Assembly (NCBI GenBank): GCA_002753725.1
Contig: PEAL01000001.1
Coordinates: 1 to 51,167, forward strand
Reading direction: 5' to 3'
Origin: Deltaproteobacteria bacterium
GTDB taxonomy: Bacteria; Desulfobacterota; Desulfobacteria; Desulfobacterales; Magnetomoraceae
DNA: 51,167 nt
Shown here: positions 18,335 through 28,056 of the stretch, in pieces
How positions within the stretch are numbered: position 1 is the first letter of the stretch
How the letters are laid out: each line of letters opens with the position of its first letter
Translations under genes and position numbers: made by a program
The notes under the pieces: model-generated
What the model saw: only the letters and a program-made list of their open reading frames with translations
Told to the model about the DNA's origin: nothing
Database searches by the model: none

Positions 18335-18949
18335 TTACTCATTATCCTTTTTCAATCCTATTAATCGATAGACCAGCATTCCGGACAGCCAGGCGATATC
18401 TTCAGGCGATAATATTTCGTGAATATTATCAGGAAAAAGAATGTTGGCTTCAGGCGGGAATTCTTCATCCCCTTCCCACATCACAATTTGCATGGCAATA
18501 TTGGGTAAAATCTGAAATTCGAGGCCAAGATCACCAAACTCAATGGGACGCGCATTGAGTTTATGGGCGACATGTTTCAAAATTTTCAGTTGTTTGCCAA
18601 AAACCTTTTTTAATGGATCAATCGCCCGCTTAACAAAAGCGCTGAAATAAAATGATGCCCCTGGAATTTCTCGATAGGCAATCCATCGACTGGATTCTTT
18701 TTGCGGTCTGCCACTCAAATAATGAAGCAACAATACCTGCTCTTGAACTGGAATTTCATGTTCATCCTCAGATTGAAATTGAAAATTCGGATACTTAACA
18801 ATATAGATTCGATTTAAAAAAGGAATATAAAAGTTTTCACCATCAGCAGGATCAAAACCACTGTAAGTAACAATGGTTTCAAAGGCGATAGCCGATAATT
18901 TTTCTGCTGCAAGTTTTCTTGCATTTTCATAATCGTCAATGCGTGCCAT
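18335..18949 (-). CDS. DUF3786-like protein
   Basis: The pattern LLLHYLSG ... WIAYREIPGASFY ... FVKRAIDPL ... VMWEGDEEFPPEANILF ... SPEDIAWL resembles the DUF3786 family as I recall it. No search was run. Confidence 0.5.
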   Translation of the reverse strand: MARIDDYENARKLAAEKLSAIAFETIVTYSGFDPADGENFYIPFLNRIYIVKYPNFQFQSEDEHEIPVQEQVLLLHYLSGRPQKESSRWIAYREIPGASFYFSAFVKRAIDPLKKVFGKQLKILKHVAHKLNARPIEFGDLGLEFQILPNIAMQIVMWEGDEEFPPEANILFPDNIHEILSPEDIAWLSGMLVYRLIGLKKDNE

Positions 18950-19028
18950 TTTTTCCTCCCTGATAAGCGGTACATCAATCTTTTCTCTTATCTGTCATTT
19001 TTGACATTACTCTCATTAAACACTAAAG

Positions 19029-19766
19029 TCAAACGTGGCAGTTATTTAAAACCGATATCTTTAAAAAATTATTTTTCAGCCATGCCAAAGCACGTTCAAG
19101 CCATTGCAAATCTCCATCAAAAGAGCAATGCATATCCAGTTTTTCTGAAAACAGTTGATCGTTTACCGCGTAATCTTGAAATGAATCAATATCATAACAA
19201 CACATAAAAAATAATTTTTTTTGATCAGCCGACAAATCTTTTATGCCCGCTTGATTTTTTACAGCAATGATTTCAAGCATTCGGTCGTTATAGTTGTCAT
19301 CATTGGCCAGTTCCTGGGAATCCAGCCATTTTTCCAGTGTCTGTTCACACAGAAACCCTTTTTGATCATTATGTCCCATACAGTGAGCTTCTTTCATCAG
19401 CATATAGGATGCTGAAATTTTTCCAGTCTCCCGGGATCGGGAAACCAATCGTGCCAGAGGATAGTATCGACAGGATGCCGGACGATCTGGATACACCAGA
19501 CATCCTTCCTCTGAAACAAAGATACACCTAAGATCCATGTGCGATTTGGTTTTCAACACAACAACGGGCAATCCCGTTTCTGGACCGATGTAAGTGCGTG
19601 TGTATGTTTTTAAAAATATCGATGAATCGATCTGAAAATGGTGTTTCAATCGAATGATATCATAAGGCGTCAAAATTTGATGAAGATCCTGACAGCACGC
19701 GTTGAAGCACTGAATCTTCGGATGACATCGGAAAAAAAATACTTGCTCGGGAAATATATTTATCAT
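19029..19766 (-). CDS. YkgJ-family (CxxCxxCC-type) cysteine-cluster protein
   Basis: N-terminal FFFRCHPKIQCFNACCQDL cluster plus later Cys residues (CIFVSEEGCLVYPDRPASCRYYP), typical of the putative Zn/Fe-chelating UPF0153 family. Confidence 0.6.
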   Translation of the reverse strand: MINIFPEQVFFFRCHPKIQCFNACCQDLHQILTPYDIIRLKHHFQIDSSIFLKTYTRTYIGPETGLPVVVLKTKSHMDLRCIFVSEEGCLVYPDRPASCRYYPLARLVSRSRETGKISASYMLMKEAHCMGHNDQKGFLCEQTLEKWLDSQELANDDNYNDRMLEIIAVKNQAGIKDLSADQKKLFFMCCYDIDSFQDYAVNDQLFSEKLDMHCSFDGDLQWLERALAWLKNNFLKISVLNNCHV

Positions 19767-20153
19767 GGTTTAATCCCTGAATTAAGGGTTGAAAATCATC
19801 ATATATCAACGTTTAGAGAACCTGCGATTTTTAGACAAAATACTGACCAATCATCATAAACAAAACAGCTATTATATTATGAATGTTATTCAATACAGCC
19901 TTTGTTATTAATACTTGACAAGAGTGTTTGCATGATGTTAATGTTCGCCTCATTTATAACGAAGGTGCCAAAATTATCATAGTTATCAAATAGTTATTTA
20001 AAATCATCATGCGCCTTACGAAACAGTCTGTCCTGATACAAGGGCAGCTTTTATATATGATAGAGGACGTAATTTCTTACAATCCTGAATAATTAACATT
20101 AAAATTCCAGGAATTCAATCTGAATTCTTTGGAAAAAAACTTAGGAGGAGTTA

Positions 20154-20591
20154 ATGCCAAGTTTTGTCATTCAAGAAAAATGTGATGGTTGTAAAGGTGG
20201 GGACAAAACAGCCTGTATGTACATTTGCCCCAACGACCTGATGGTATTGGATGCAGATGCCATGAAAGCTTATAATCAAGAACCCGATCAATGCTGGGAA
20301 TGCTTTTCTTGCGTAAAGATTTGTCCGTCTCAGGCTATTGAAGTACGTGGATATTCTGACTTTGTGCCATTAGGAAGTAGCGTAATGCCAATGTTGGGAA
20401 CAGAAGATATTATGTGGACATGCAAGTTCAGAAATGGAACTGTCAAACGATTTAAGTTCCCTGTTCGTACAACTGCGGAAGGTTCAGCCAACGCTTATTT
20501 GGATCTGGTTGGTAAAGATCTGGATAGTGGTCTTCTTTCAACTGAAGAAGTTGATGGCTTAGTGTTACAGGGTCCCATCGCCACTGTGTAA
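20154..20591 (+). CDS. aprB: Adenylylsulfate (APS) reductase beta subunit
   Basis: MPSFVIQEKCDGCKGGDKTACMYICPNDLM and CWECFSCVKICP ferredoxin-like clusters. Size and position directly upstream of aprA fit. AGGAGG RBS. Confidence 0.95.
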   Translation: MPSFVIQEKCDGCKGGDKTACMYICPNDLMVLDADAMKAYNQEPDQCWECFSCVKICPSQAIEVRGYSDFVPLGSSVMPMLGTEDIMWTCKFRNGTVKRFKFPVRTTAEGSANAYLDLVGKDLDSGLLSTEEVDGLVLQGPIATV

Positions 20592-20647
20592 GGGAATTTT
20601 GTTCATTAACAAAGCAAAGAAAGAATTAATTTTTAGGAGGATTTAAG

Positions 20648-22621
20648 ATGGCATTACCAAACAAACCAAAGGGCGAAATTAAAGCGATTCGCGACCCCCA
20701 GGTTGAAGAACGAGAAGTTGATATTCTTATCGTTGGTGGTGGAATGGCTGCCTGCGGTACAGCATTTGAAGTCAAAAAATGGGCTGGCGACAAAAAAATC
20801 TTGCTGTGTGACAAAGCAGCCATGGAACGTAGTGGTGCTGTAGCTCAAGGTCTTTCAGCAATCAATACATACATTGGCGACAACACATCTGACGATTATG
20901 TCCGCATGGTTCGAAACGACCTGATGGGTATTGTTCGTGAAGACTTGATTTTTGACCTTGGCCGTCATGTGGATGACTCTGTACATCTGTTCGAAGAATG
21001 GGGCCTGCCAGTTTGGAAAAAAACCGACGACAACAAAAACCTTGATGGTAAAAAAGGCCAGAAAATGGGCTCCTTAAAAGGTGGAGCCAAACCTGTTCGC
21101 ACCGGTAAATGGCAGATCATGATCAACGGCGAATCTTACAAAAGAATCGTTGCTGAAGCTGCTAAACTGGCTCTGGGCGAAGAAAACATTCTGGAACGCG
21201 TTTTTATCGTTGAATTGTTGCTTGATGCAAATGTTGAAAATCAAATTGCCGGCGCAGTTGGTTTCTCAACACGTGAAAATAAAGTGTACATCATCAAAGC
21301 TAAAACAATGATGGTTGCTTGTGGTGGCGCTGTAAATATTTACCAACCCCGTTCAGTGGGTGAAGGTAAAGGTCGTGCATGGTATCCAGTATGGAACGCA
21401 GGTTCTACATACACAATGTGTATGAAAGTCGGTGCTGAACTTTCCATGATGGAAAACCGTTTCACCCCTGCTCGATTCAAAGATGGTTACGGCCCTGTTG
21501 GCGCCTGGTTCTTACTGTTCAAAGCTAAAGCATTGAATGGTCTGGGCGAAGTCTATGTTGCAAGTGACGCAGCCAAAAAAGAACTTGAAAGCTATGCACC
21601 TTATGGCACAGCAGCGATTACGCCTACTTGCTTGAGAAACCACCTGATGCTTTTTGAAATGAAAGCCGGTCGTGGTCCGATCATCATGGATACAGTTTCT
21701 GCTCTGGCTGAACTTGGAAAGAGCATGGACAAAAAAGAACTCAAGCATCTGGAATCAGAAGCATGGGAAGACTTTTTGGATATGACTTGCGGCCAGGCAA
21801 ACCTCTGGTGTGCAACTGACACAGAACCAGAAAAGAAAAATTCTGAAATTATGCCCACAGAACCTTATCTGTTGGGATCACATTCAGGATGCTGCGGCTT
21901 GTGGGTTTCTGGACCAAATGAAGATTGGGTACCGGCTTCTTACAAATGGGGCGACAAAGGCAAAATTTATAACAGAATGACCACCGTTAAAGGTCTGTTC
22001 ACCGCTGGTGATGGTGTGGGTTGTTCCGGTCATAAATTTTCTTCAGGTTCTCATGCTGAAGGCCGTATTGTTGCAAAATCAATGGCACAATACGTTCGAG
22101 ATCATGCAGATTTCACCCCGACATTGGCACAGTCCAAAGATGAACTGGTCGATCTGATTTACAAACCTGTTCGTCTGTATCTGGATAACAGTGCTTATAC
22201 AACAGATGTTGATATCAACCCCAATTATGTGAAACCGTCCGGCATGGCACTTCGTTTGATGAAAGCCACCAATGAATACGGCGCCGGTACAGCCACATAT
22301 TACCAGACCAGCAGCAAAAACCTGGAAATCGTAATGGAACTTCTCTCTGTTATGCGCGAAGACAGCGAAAAAATGGCCGCCGGTGACCTTCATGAACTCA
22401 TGAGAGTTTGGGAAATCTATCACCGAATTTGGACCGTTGAATCGCATCTGCGTCACATTCAGTTCAGAAAAGAAACCCGTTATCCAGGATTCTACTATCA
22501 AGCAAATCATCCACAACAAGATGATGCAAACTGGTTCTGCTTTGTAAATTCAAAATATGATCCCAAAGCAGCAACATGGGAAGTCAAAAAAGAAGAATAT
22601 GTCAAAATCATTCCTGACTAA
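20648..22621 (+). CDS. aprA: Adenylylsulfate (APS) reductase alpha subunit
   Basis: 657-aa flavoprotein with FAD motif ILIVGGGMAACG, conserved blocks NRFTPARFKDGYGPVGAWFL and EPYLLGSHSGCCG. AGGAGG RBS. Confidence 0.95.
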   Translation: MALPNKPKGEIKAIRDPQVEEREVDILIVGGGMAACGTAFEVKKWAGDKKILLCDKAAMERSGAVAQGLSAINTYIGDNTSDDYVRMVRNDLMGIVREDLIFDLGRHVDDSVHLFEEWGLPVWKKTDDNKNLDGKKGQKMGSLKGGAKPVRTGKWQIMINGESYKRIVAEAAKLALGEENILERVFIVELLLDANVENQIAGAVGFSTRENKVYIIKAKTMMVACGGAVNIYQPRSVGEGKGRAWYPVWNAGSTYTMCMKVGAELSMMENRFTPARFKDGYGPVGAWFLLFKAKALNGLGEVYVASDAAKKELESYAPYGTAAITPTCLRNHLMLFEMKAGRGPIIMDTVSALAELGKSMDKKELKHLESEAWEDFLDMTCGQANLWCATDTEPEKKNSEIMPTEPYLLGSHSGCCGLWVSGPNEDWVPASYKWGDKGKIYNRMTTVKGLFTAGDGVGCSGHKFSSGSHAEGRIVAKSMAQYVRDHADFTPTLAQSKDELVDLIYKPVRLYLDNSAYTTDVDINPNYVKPSGMALRLMKATNEYGAGTATYYQTSSKNLEIVMELLSVMREDSEKMAAGDLHELMRVWEIYHRIWTVESHLRHIQFRKETRYPGFYYQANHPQQDDANWFCFVNSKYDPKAATWEVKKEEYVKIIPD

Positions 22622-22680
22622 TCGATCATCGTGGATACACGAAACAGGAATTTTTTCTGATATAATCATGAAATAAACAT

Positions 22681-22718
22681 AAAAAACCTCCAGGCACTTG
22701 GTGACTGGAGGTTTTTTT
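22681..22718 (+). terminator. Rho-independent terminator / attenuator downstream of aprA
   Basis: AAAAAACCTCCAG ... CTGGAGGTTTTTT forms a 13-bp stem with an inner CAC/GTG pairing, followed by a T-tract. It begins 60 nt after the aprA stop. Confidence 0.75.
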
Positions 22719-22796
22719 GAAATAAATTCCTGTACAGATATTCTGGTTGAAAAAAATTCCCCTTTTTTTACTTCAGGCGGTTTTTATAGTAAATAC

Positions 22797-22856
22797 AGTG
22801 GACAGTGTGGACGAAATGGACATTACAAAAAATGTCCATTTCGTCCATTCAGTCCA
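22797..22856. other. Large composite hairpin in the aprA-qmoA spacer
   Basis: GTGGAC-agtgt-GGACGAAATGGACAT-tacaaaaa-ATGTCCATTTCGTCC-attca-GTCCAC. It has a perfect 15-bp inner stem plus a 6-bp outer stem, about 105 nt upstream of the qmoA ATG. Confidence 0.7.
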
Positions 22857-22961
22857 CTCAATTCATTATATTGCCGCCTGGAGTGGGTTGTTTTGCTTTT
22901 AAGAGGGCAGAATAATTTTTTATCCAAAAGATATATCTTACAGGCAATAGAAAGGGATAGC

Positions 22962-24236
22962 ATGACAGACAAAGCGACGCCTCCAGTCAGTGCAAATATT
23001 CTGGTTGTTGGAGGTGGGATCAGTGGTCTGACAACGACGCTTGAAGCTGCTGAAGCCGGATATGAAGTCATTTTGCTGGAAAAAGAACCGTCATTGGGCG
23101 GTCGAGTATCCCAATTGCGACAATATTTTCCAAAGCTTTGCCCACCAACCTGCGGTTTAGAAATTAATTATCGCCGCATTAAAGATAACCCAAGAGTTAA
23201 CGTATATACACTGGCTGAAGTTGAAAATGTGGACGGTGTTCCCGGTGACTATACCGTTACAGTCCGCATGAATCCAAGATATGTTACCAGTGAATGCACC
23301 TGCTGCGGTGACTGTGAAAAAGCCAGCAAGACTGAAATCCCCAATGAATTCAATTTTGGCATGGATAAAACCAAAGGCGCTTACTTGCCGCATAACATGG
23401 CATTTCCGCAACGATATGTTGTTTCACCGCAAATTATCGGAACCGAGGATGCCCGACGATGCAAAGAAGCCTGTAAATACAACGCCATTGACCTTGAGAT
23501 GGAATCCAAAACCATCGATTTCAAAGTAGGCGCTATTGTATGGGCGACAGGTTGGGTTCCCTATGATGCCACACGTATTGAAAATTTGGGTTTTGGTCGC
23601 TATGACAATATCATTACCAACATGATGCTGGAACGATTGGCAGCAAAAAATGGCCCCACTCAAGGAAAGATTCTACGGCCATCGGATGAAAAAGCTCCGG
23701 AATCTGTAGCATTTGTACAATGTGCAGGCTCACGGGATGAAAATCATCTGCCTTATTGTTCCTACATTTGTTGTATGGCATCCTTAAAGCATGCCACTTA
23801 TATTCGGGAACAATATCCAGATACGGAAGTATTTATTTTTTATATTGATGTTCGGGCACCCGGTCAGCGATATGAAAAATTTTATGATAAGCTGAAAAAT
23901 GATGATAAGGTCTTTTTGATCAAAGGCAAAGTCGCTGAAGTTTCGGAAGATGCCGCTGGTAATATTACCGTTGTGGCTGAAAATGCAGTCACTGGCGAAA
24001 AAATCCGAAAAACAGTGGATATGGCTGTCCTGGCAACAGGCATGCAACCCACAACAGCCAGTGTCAAATTGCCGGCAGACCTGAATTATACAGATGACGG
24101 GTTTATAATCAATGACTTTGAAAAGGGCGGAATGTTCGCAACCGGTTGTGCCAATAAACCGGCTGATGTCGTTACTTCCAACCAGAATGCTACTGGTATG
24201 GCCCTGAAGGCGATTCAAACCCTGGTGAGGAGGTAA
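22962..24236 (+). CDS. qmoA: Quinone-interacting membrane-bound oxidoreductase subunit A (HdrA-like flavoprotein)
   Basis: MTDKATPP...ILVVGGGISGLTTTLEAAEAGYEVILLEKEPSLGGR FAD fold, located downstream of aprBA. The start is moved to ATG 22962 because the ORF-track N-terminal extension crosses the terminator and hairpin. Confidence 0.9.
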   Translation: MTDKATPPVSANILVVGGGISGLTTTLEAAEAGYEVILLEKEPSLGGRVSQLRQYFPKLCPPTCGLEINYRRIKDNPRVNVYTLAEVENVDGVPGDYTVTVRMNPRYVTSECTCCGDCEKASKTEIPNEFNFGMDKTKGAYLPHNMAFPQRYVVSPQIIGTEDARRCKEACKYNAIDLEMESKTIDFKVGAIVWATGWVPYDATRIENLGFGRYDNIITNMMLERLAAKNGPTQGKILRPSDEKAPESVAFVQCAGSRDENHLPYCSYICCMASLKHATYIREQYPDTEVFIFYIDVRAPGQRYEKFYDKLKNDDKVFLIKGKVAEVSEDAAGNITVVAENAVTGEKIRKTVDMAVLATGMQPTTASVKLPADLNYTDDGFIINDFEKGGMFATGCANKPADVVTSNQNATGMALKAIQTLVRR

Positions 24237-24239
24237 TCA

Positions 24240-26579
24240 ATGGATAAAAAATTTGGTTTTTATATCTGTTCAGGCTGTGGGATTGGAGAGGCGGTCAATA
24301 CCGAATGGATTATGGACAACGTCCCTAAAGAAGAGGGATATTCAAATTGTACTGTTCATCCTTTTTTGTGCAGCAAAGAAGGTGTTGACATTATCAATCA
24401 AGACATCAAAGAAAAAGGTGTCAATACAATCGTTATTGGTGCATGTTCTCGTCGTGTCAATTATGATGTTTTTAAATTCAGCGGATGTATTCTTGAGCGA
24501 GTGAATCTTAGAGAACAGGTTGTCTGGTCACACGCACGACCTGAGGGTTGGACCATGCCTGAAGAAGTCAACGAAGATGAACCTGATCATCTTCAAATGA
24601 TGGCTGAAGATTATTTCCGCATGGGTATGGTGCGATGTGAAAAAGTAAGCTTGCCTGTGCCCTACAAACTGGATGCCAAAAGCGATAAGATATTGATTAT
24701 TGGTGGCGGTATCACAGGAATGCAGGCAGCTCTGGATGCATCAAAAGCGGGGTATGCATCGACCATCATTGAAAAAGATGGGCAATTGGGTGGCTATGCA
24801 GCAAAAGTCAGAAAACAGTTACCAATACAGGCGCCCTATGACCAACTCATTTCTCCCATTGTTCAACAAAAAATCAAAGCTGTTGAATCAGACAGCAACA
24901 TTTCAATCAAAACAAGTACAGTTGTCGCTCGAATTGCTGGTCAGCCCGGAGATTTTACGGTAACGCTGAAAGCACCGGGTGAAAAAATTGAATTTGATGT
25001 TCCAGATCCTGTACCACCCGAAATGCGCGTTGATGAAAAAGGCAAAGATCTGGAAAAAGAAAAACTCGATGAAATCTACAAAAAAATCAATGAGGGCAAA
25101 GCCGATATTCTGAAATTGGATCCCAATGGTGAAAAATTTGGTGCTGTTATTCTTACCGCTGGCTGGCGCCCCTATGAACCTGCAAAAGATGAATTCAGCC
25201 ATCTGGGATATGGTGCGATTAAAGACGTGGTCACCAATACGGCCTTTGAAGCAATTGCTAAAAACGGAAAAATTGTTCGTCCGTCTGATGGCAAAGAAGC
25301 AAAATCGGTTGTGTTTATCCAGAGCCCGGGACAAGGAAAAGACGATGACTTCTCTTACTGCGGTTCTGTTACCAGTATGGTCACACTCAAGCAAGCCAAG
25401 TATGTTCGTGAAGATTATTCAGATGATGGAAAAGCCTTTGTATTTTATCAACACATGCGAACACCTGGATTAAGTGAAAACTTTTACAAAGCTATGCAGC
25501 AGGATCCTGGAATTTTCATGAGCAAAGGTGATATCACGAGTGTCACACAAGATGGTGACAGTCTCATGGTTGAAGCCAAAGATACCCTGCTGGGTGAATC
25601 GGTTCAAGTCAAAGCGGACATGGTGGTTCTGGCAACGGGTATGGTTCCGGTAACACATGATGATCCTGTGGTCAATCTGGCGTACCGTCAGGGACCCGGG
25701 TTCCGTGATATCGGTTTGTTTGATGACTACGTTGATTCAAACTTTATTTGTTTTCCCTATGAAACCCAACGTACTGGAATCTATGCAGCCGGTGCGATTC
25801 GTCGCAGCTTGACCATGGAAGAGTCCATGGAAGACGCAACTGGCGCAACCTTGAAAGCCATTCAATGTTTGAAATCGGTTGATCGTGGTGAAGCCGTTCA
25901 TCCGAGAGCTGGTGATCAAACATTCCCTGATTTCTTCTTTCAACGATGTACCCAGTGTAAACGATGTACAGAAGAATGCCCCTTTGGCGCACTTGATGAT
26001 GATGAGAAAGGCACACCTAAACCCAATCCCACACGATGCCGCCGATGCGGTACCTGTATGGGCGCCTGTCCAGAGCGTATTATTAACTTTGCTGATTATA
26101 GCATTGATAGTATCGGCTCGATGGTTAAATGCATCAAAGTACCTTCAGAAGATGACTTTGATGAGCCTCCTCTACGTATCCTGGTTTTTCTTTGCGAGAA
26201 CGATGCCTACCCAGCAATGGATATGGCGGGCATGAATCGTATGCAATGGCATCATGATGTAAGGTTTATTCCGGTTCGATGTTTGGGATCGGTCAATACC
26301 ATCTGGATAAAAGATGCATTGTCTCAAGGTATGGATGGTGTCTTATATATTGGTTGTAAGCATGGCGATGATTATCAGTGCCACTTTGTCAAAGGAAGTG
26401 AACTGGCTGAAATTCGAAAATCTAAAATCAGTGACGCCTTAGCCAGTCTGGCACTTGAAGAAGAACGTGTTGCCATGTTTGAAATTGCCATAGACGAATA
26501 TGATAAGCTTCCAAAAATTATCAATACATTCATGGAAGAAGTTGAAGCCTTAGGACCCAATCCTTTCAAAGGTTTCTAA
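24240..26579 (+). CDS. qmoB: Quinone-interacting membrane-bound oxidoreductase subunit B (HdrA-like, 2x[4Fe-4S] ferredoxin insert, MvhD-like C-terminus)
   Basis: ILIIGGGITGMQAALDASKAGY FAD motif, CTQCKRCTEECP and CRRCGTCMGACP clusters, and a C-terminal ILVFLCENDAYP ... RCLGSVN MvhD-like region. GAGGAGG RBS. Confidence 0.92.
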   Translation: MDKKFGFYICSGCGIGEAVNTEWIMDNVPKEEGYSNCTVHPFLCSKEGVDIINQDIKEKGVNTIVIGACSRRVNYDVFKFSGCILERVNLREQVVWSHARPEGWTMPEEVNEDEPDHLQMMAEDYFRMGMVRCEKVSLPVPYKLDAKSDKILIIGGGITGMQAALDASKAGYASTIIEKDGQLGGYAAKVRKQLPIQAPYDQLISPIVQQKIKAVESDSNISIKTSTVVARIAGQPGDFTVTLKAPGEKIEFDVPDPVPPEMRVDEKGKDLEKEKLDEIYKKINEGKADILKLDPNGEKFGAVILTAGWRPYEPAKDEFSHLGYGAIKDVVTNTAFEAIAKNGKIVRPSDGKEAKSVVFIQSPGQGKDDDFSYCGSVTSMVTLKQAKYVREDYSDDGKAFVFYQHMRTPGLSENFYKAMQQDPGIFMSKGDITSVTQDGDSLMVEAKDTLLGESVQVKADMVVLATGMVPVTHDDPVVNLAYRQGPGFRDIGLFDDYVDSNFICFPYETQRTGIYAAGAIRRSLTMEESMEDATGATLKAIQCLKSVDRGEAVHPRAGDQTFPDFFFQRCTQCKRCTEECPFGALDDDEKGTPKPNPTRCRRCGTCMGACPERIINFADYSIDSIGSMVKCIKVPSEDDFDEPPLRILVFLCENDAYPAMDMAGMNRMQWHHDVRFIPVRCLGSVNTIWIKDALSQGMDGVLYIGCKHGDDYQCHFVKGSELAEIRKSKISDALASLALEEERVAMFEIAIDEYDKLPKIINTFMEEVEALGPNPFKGF

Positions 26580-26656
26580 ATCATGATTGATAAGTGAGCG
26601 TTGCTTATTGCTTAATATAACAACGAATCATTGAAAGAAAGAAAGGAATCAGGGGC

Positions 26657-27802
26657 ATGTTGTTAGAACCTGATGTTAAGTTTATCAAGGAGATTGAGAG
26701 CCTTGGGGGTGATACACTAAAAAAGTGCTTTCAATGCGCAACCTGTTCAGTGGCCTGCCCCATATCCCCGGATAATAAACCCTTCCCTCGGAAAGAAATG
26801 ATTGCAGCATCCTGGGGGTTGAAAGACAGGGTGGTAAAAAATGCCGATATCTGGCTGTGCCACAATTGTGGTGACTGTTCCACCTTATGTCCAAGGGGTG
26901 CAAAACCGGGTGATGTTCTGGCCGCGCTGAGAATGTACGCTATCAAGGAATACGCCTTTCCGAAAAAATTAGGCGAAATGGTGAGTGACCCATCAAAGTT
27001 GCCGATACTTTTGGCCATTCCTTTTATCATTTTTTTGATAGTGGGTATGGTCTGTAATATGTTTGTTGACCCCAATTGGCTGTGTTTCAGCCCTGGCGGC
27101 GATGAAATCGTGCATTCCCATTTTTTCAATTCCTGGTTGGTGGATTTGATTTTTGTTCCATTATCATTGTGTGTGGTTGCTGTCTTTGCACGGGGTGGGT
27201 ATCAATTCTTGAATGATATTCATCAAAATGCTGTTTTAGAAGGAAAAACAGATAAAAAAGAATTGGATCTTCTGGGGATTGCCCAGGCATTTCCAAAAGT
27301 GGTTTTGAAAATTCTAAAACATGAAAAATTTGATCAATGTGGCGAAAATCAAAGTCGCTCCACACCGCATATGCTGGTACTTTTTGGATTTATCGGACTG
27401 TTCATCGTAACCAGTATTTTCTTTGTGGTATTGTATGGTTTCCAGACACATGGACCATACTCTCAGTTTAATCCGGTAAAATGGTTGGCCAATATCAGTG
27501 GTATTGCCCTGGTGATGGGTGGACTGGTCATGTTAAAAGAACGTATTTCTCAGGATACTTCCAAACAGATCAGTACATATAAAGACTGGTCATTGATTGG
27601 ACTGGTACTTGCTCTGGGGCTTTCGGGTTTACTCACCGAAATGACACGATTAGGGGAACTGGCAGCCCTGTCTTATGGTCTGTACTACATTCATTTGGTT
27701 TTTGTATTCTGTCTGTTTGCTTATCTTCCTTTTTCCAAGCTGGCACATTTATTCTATCGAACGCTGGCAATGACTTATTCCGAATATGCCAATCGGCAGT
27801 AA
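26657..27802 (+). CDS. qmoC: Quinone-interacting membrane-bound oxidoreductase subunit C (HdrC-like FeS domain fused to HdrE-like membrane cytochrome b domain)
   Basis: CFQCATCSVACP and CHNCGDCSTLCP clusters are followed by about 6 TM helices. Confidence 0.9.
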   Translation: MLLEPDVKFIKEIESLGGDTLKKCFQCATCSVACPISPDNKPFPRKEMIAASWGLKDRVVKNADIWLCHNCGDCSTLCPRGAKPGDVLAALRMYAIKEYAFPKKLGEMVSDPSKLPILLAIPFIIFLIVGMVCNMFVDPNWLCFSPGGDEIVHSHFFNSWLVDLIFVPLSLCVVAVFARGGYQFLNDIHQNAVLEGKTDKKELDLLGIAQAFPKVVLKILKHEKFDQCGENQSRSTPHMLVLFGFIGLFIVTSIFFVVLYGFQTHGPYSQFNPVKWLANISGIALVMGGLVMLKERISQDTSKQISTYKDWSLIGLVLALGLSGLLTEMTRLGELAALSYGLYYIHLVFVFCLFAYLPFSKLAHLFYRTLAMTYSEYANRQ

Positions 27803-27832
27803 GTAAACTGACAGTAAGATAGATATTATCTT

Positions 27833-27877
27833 AAAAAAAAAAGGCGGTTTCTTTTTAAAGAGACCGCCTTTTTTATT
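27833..27877. terminator. Bidirectional rho-independent terminator between convergent qmoC and dfx
   Basis: An A10 run, then AAGGCGGTTTCT-ttttaa-AGAGACCGCCTT (12-bp stem with one G-U pair), then TTTTATT. A-tract and T-tract flanks would let it work on both strands. Confidence 0.85.
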
Positions 27878-27958
27878 CCAGACTATATTTTATTGCTTCT
27901 GATATGAATAAGGAATCACGATTAAATAACTTTCCCATTTGAAGTCCCTTGGGTGGAG

Positions 27959-27980
27959 TCCCAAAGCTTTAGCTTTGGGA
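27959..27980. repeat. Copy 2 of the TCCCAAA-N8-TTTGGGA palindrome
   Basis: TCCCAAAgctttagcTTTGGGA has the inner stem CCCAAAGC/GCTTTGGG with a 4-nt loop. It lies between the qmoC terminator and the 3' end of dfx. Confidence 0.7.
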
Positions 27981-28056
27981 GTTCCTTAGTTTTTCAATGC
28001 GTGTGACCCATCAAAAATAAGGATCAGGGTGAATGAACCTTTTTTATTTTTGGGAA

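Noticed and set aside
19915-19943. A sigma-70-like promoter upstream of aprB (TTGACA-N17-TTAATG).
   Set aside because: The -35 is perfect, but the -10 matches TATAAT at only 2 of 6 positions (3 of 6 with an 18-nt spacer). It would imply a ~210-nt leader. That is plausible but not supportable from sequence alone.
22698-22961. An 88-codon N-terminal extension of the qmoA ORF in the ORF track (GTG start at 22698).
   Set aside because: The extension runs through the aprA terminator T-tract and the large hairpin and has no protein-like conservation. The canonical QmoA N-terminus with its FAD motif begins at ATG 22962.
20626-26569. Antisense ORFs inside aprA, qmoA and qmoB, for example 22079-22519, 23784-24218 and 24903-25394. 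Also 47951-48529 and 48385-48861 inside flgK.
   Set aside because: They are shadow frames opposite strongly supported genes, with no motifs and no independent translation signals.
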